Below, in pieces: positions 6,757 through 6,989 of a stretch of DNA of 6,989 nucleotides. The stretch comes from Octopus sinensis (taxonomy: Eukaryota). The first letter of the stretch is position 1. Each line of letters begins with the position of its first letter. The notes under the pieces were generated by a model, which worked only from the letters and a program-made list of their open reading frames with translations, searched no databases and was not told the origin of the DNA. Position numbers and translations under genes: made by a program. The DNA lies in the NCBI RefSeq assembly GCF_006345805.1, contig NW_021829001.1, positions 1 through 6,989 of the forward strand, in the 5' to 3' direction.

Positions 6757-6989
6757 GAGGACGCGTGGCCTAGTGATTTGGGTGTTACGATCGTGCGATC
6801 GTGTTTTCAATTCCGGGAGTGAGTGGTGCATTGTGTTCTTGAGCAAGACACTTTATCTCACGTTGCTTTGCGATCACATCGATACCCGACGCATGGTACA
6901 CCTGGGTGCACCCTGTTCAGACGACGTCGATTTGATGGTGGGAAAGTGAGTTAATACACGGCATGATCATTTAATTATTATAAAACAAA
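6757..6989 (+). mobile_element. tRNA-derived SINE (second family), probably continuing past the window edge
   Basis: Head gaggacgcgtggcctagtg..., core TTGTGTTCTTGAGCAAGACACTT (6831-6853), and body ...gatcacatcgatacccgacgcatggtacacc...cgtcgatttgatgg.... It resembles an octopus SINE family (recalled). The TTACGAT loop is reminiscent of a tRNA-Arg(ACG) anticodon loop. Confidence 0.85.
6766..6814 (+). promoter_or_regulatory. Degenerate Pol III A box (6766-6776) and B box (6804-6814) of the SINE
   Basis: A box TGGCCTAGTGA; B box TTTTCAATTCC, with the two leading G residues lost. Confidence 0.55.

Overview
Eukaryotic, AT-rich, repeat-saturated intronic or intergenic DNA. It is most likely from a coleoid cephalopod (Octopus-like); this is inferred from my recollection of octopus SINE/MITE families and the microsatellite style, not from a database search. 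There is no intact protein-coding gene, and nearly all ORFs in the supplied track are microsatellite artefacts. Left to right: a decayed non-LTR retrotransposon RT fragment (RTE-like, 45-305, absent from the ORF track because of stops); (AC)n and (AT)n; the 5' part of a tRNA-derived SINE on the minus strand (743-887); a short acidic coding-like island (1075-1273); a ~2.75 kb imperfect (AAT/GAT)n array; AG-rich and (TGGA)n tracts around a ~190 bp unique exon-like island (4506-4691); a SINE-like tail with tandem repeats; a rearranged hAT/MITE cluster with three TIR-like ends (5611-5938); a SINE 3' module; and a second tRNA-derived SINE running off the right edge (6757-6989). I see no convincing new biological system. 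The best leads are the rearranged hAT MITE, the acidic candidate exon with a single in-frame amber codon before a phase-0 GTAAGT donor, and the unique island at 4506-4691.
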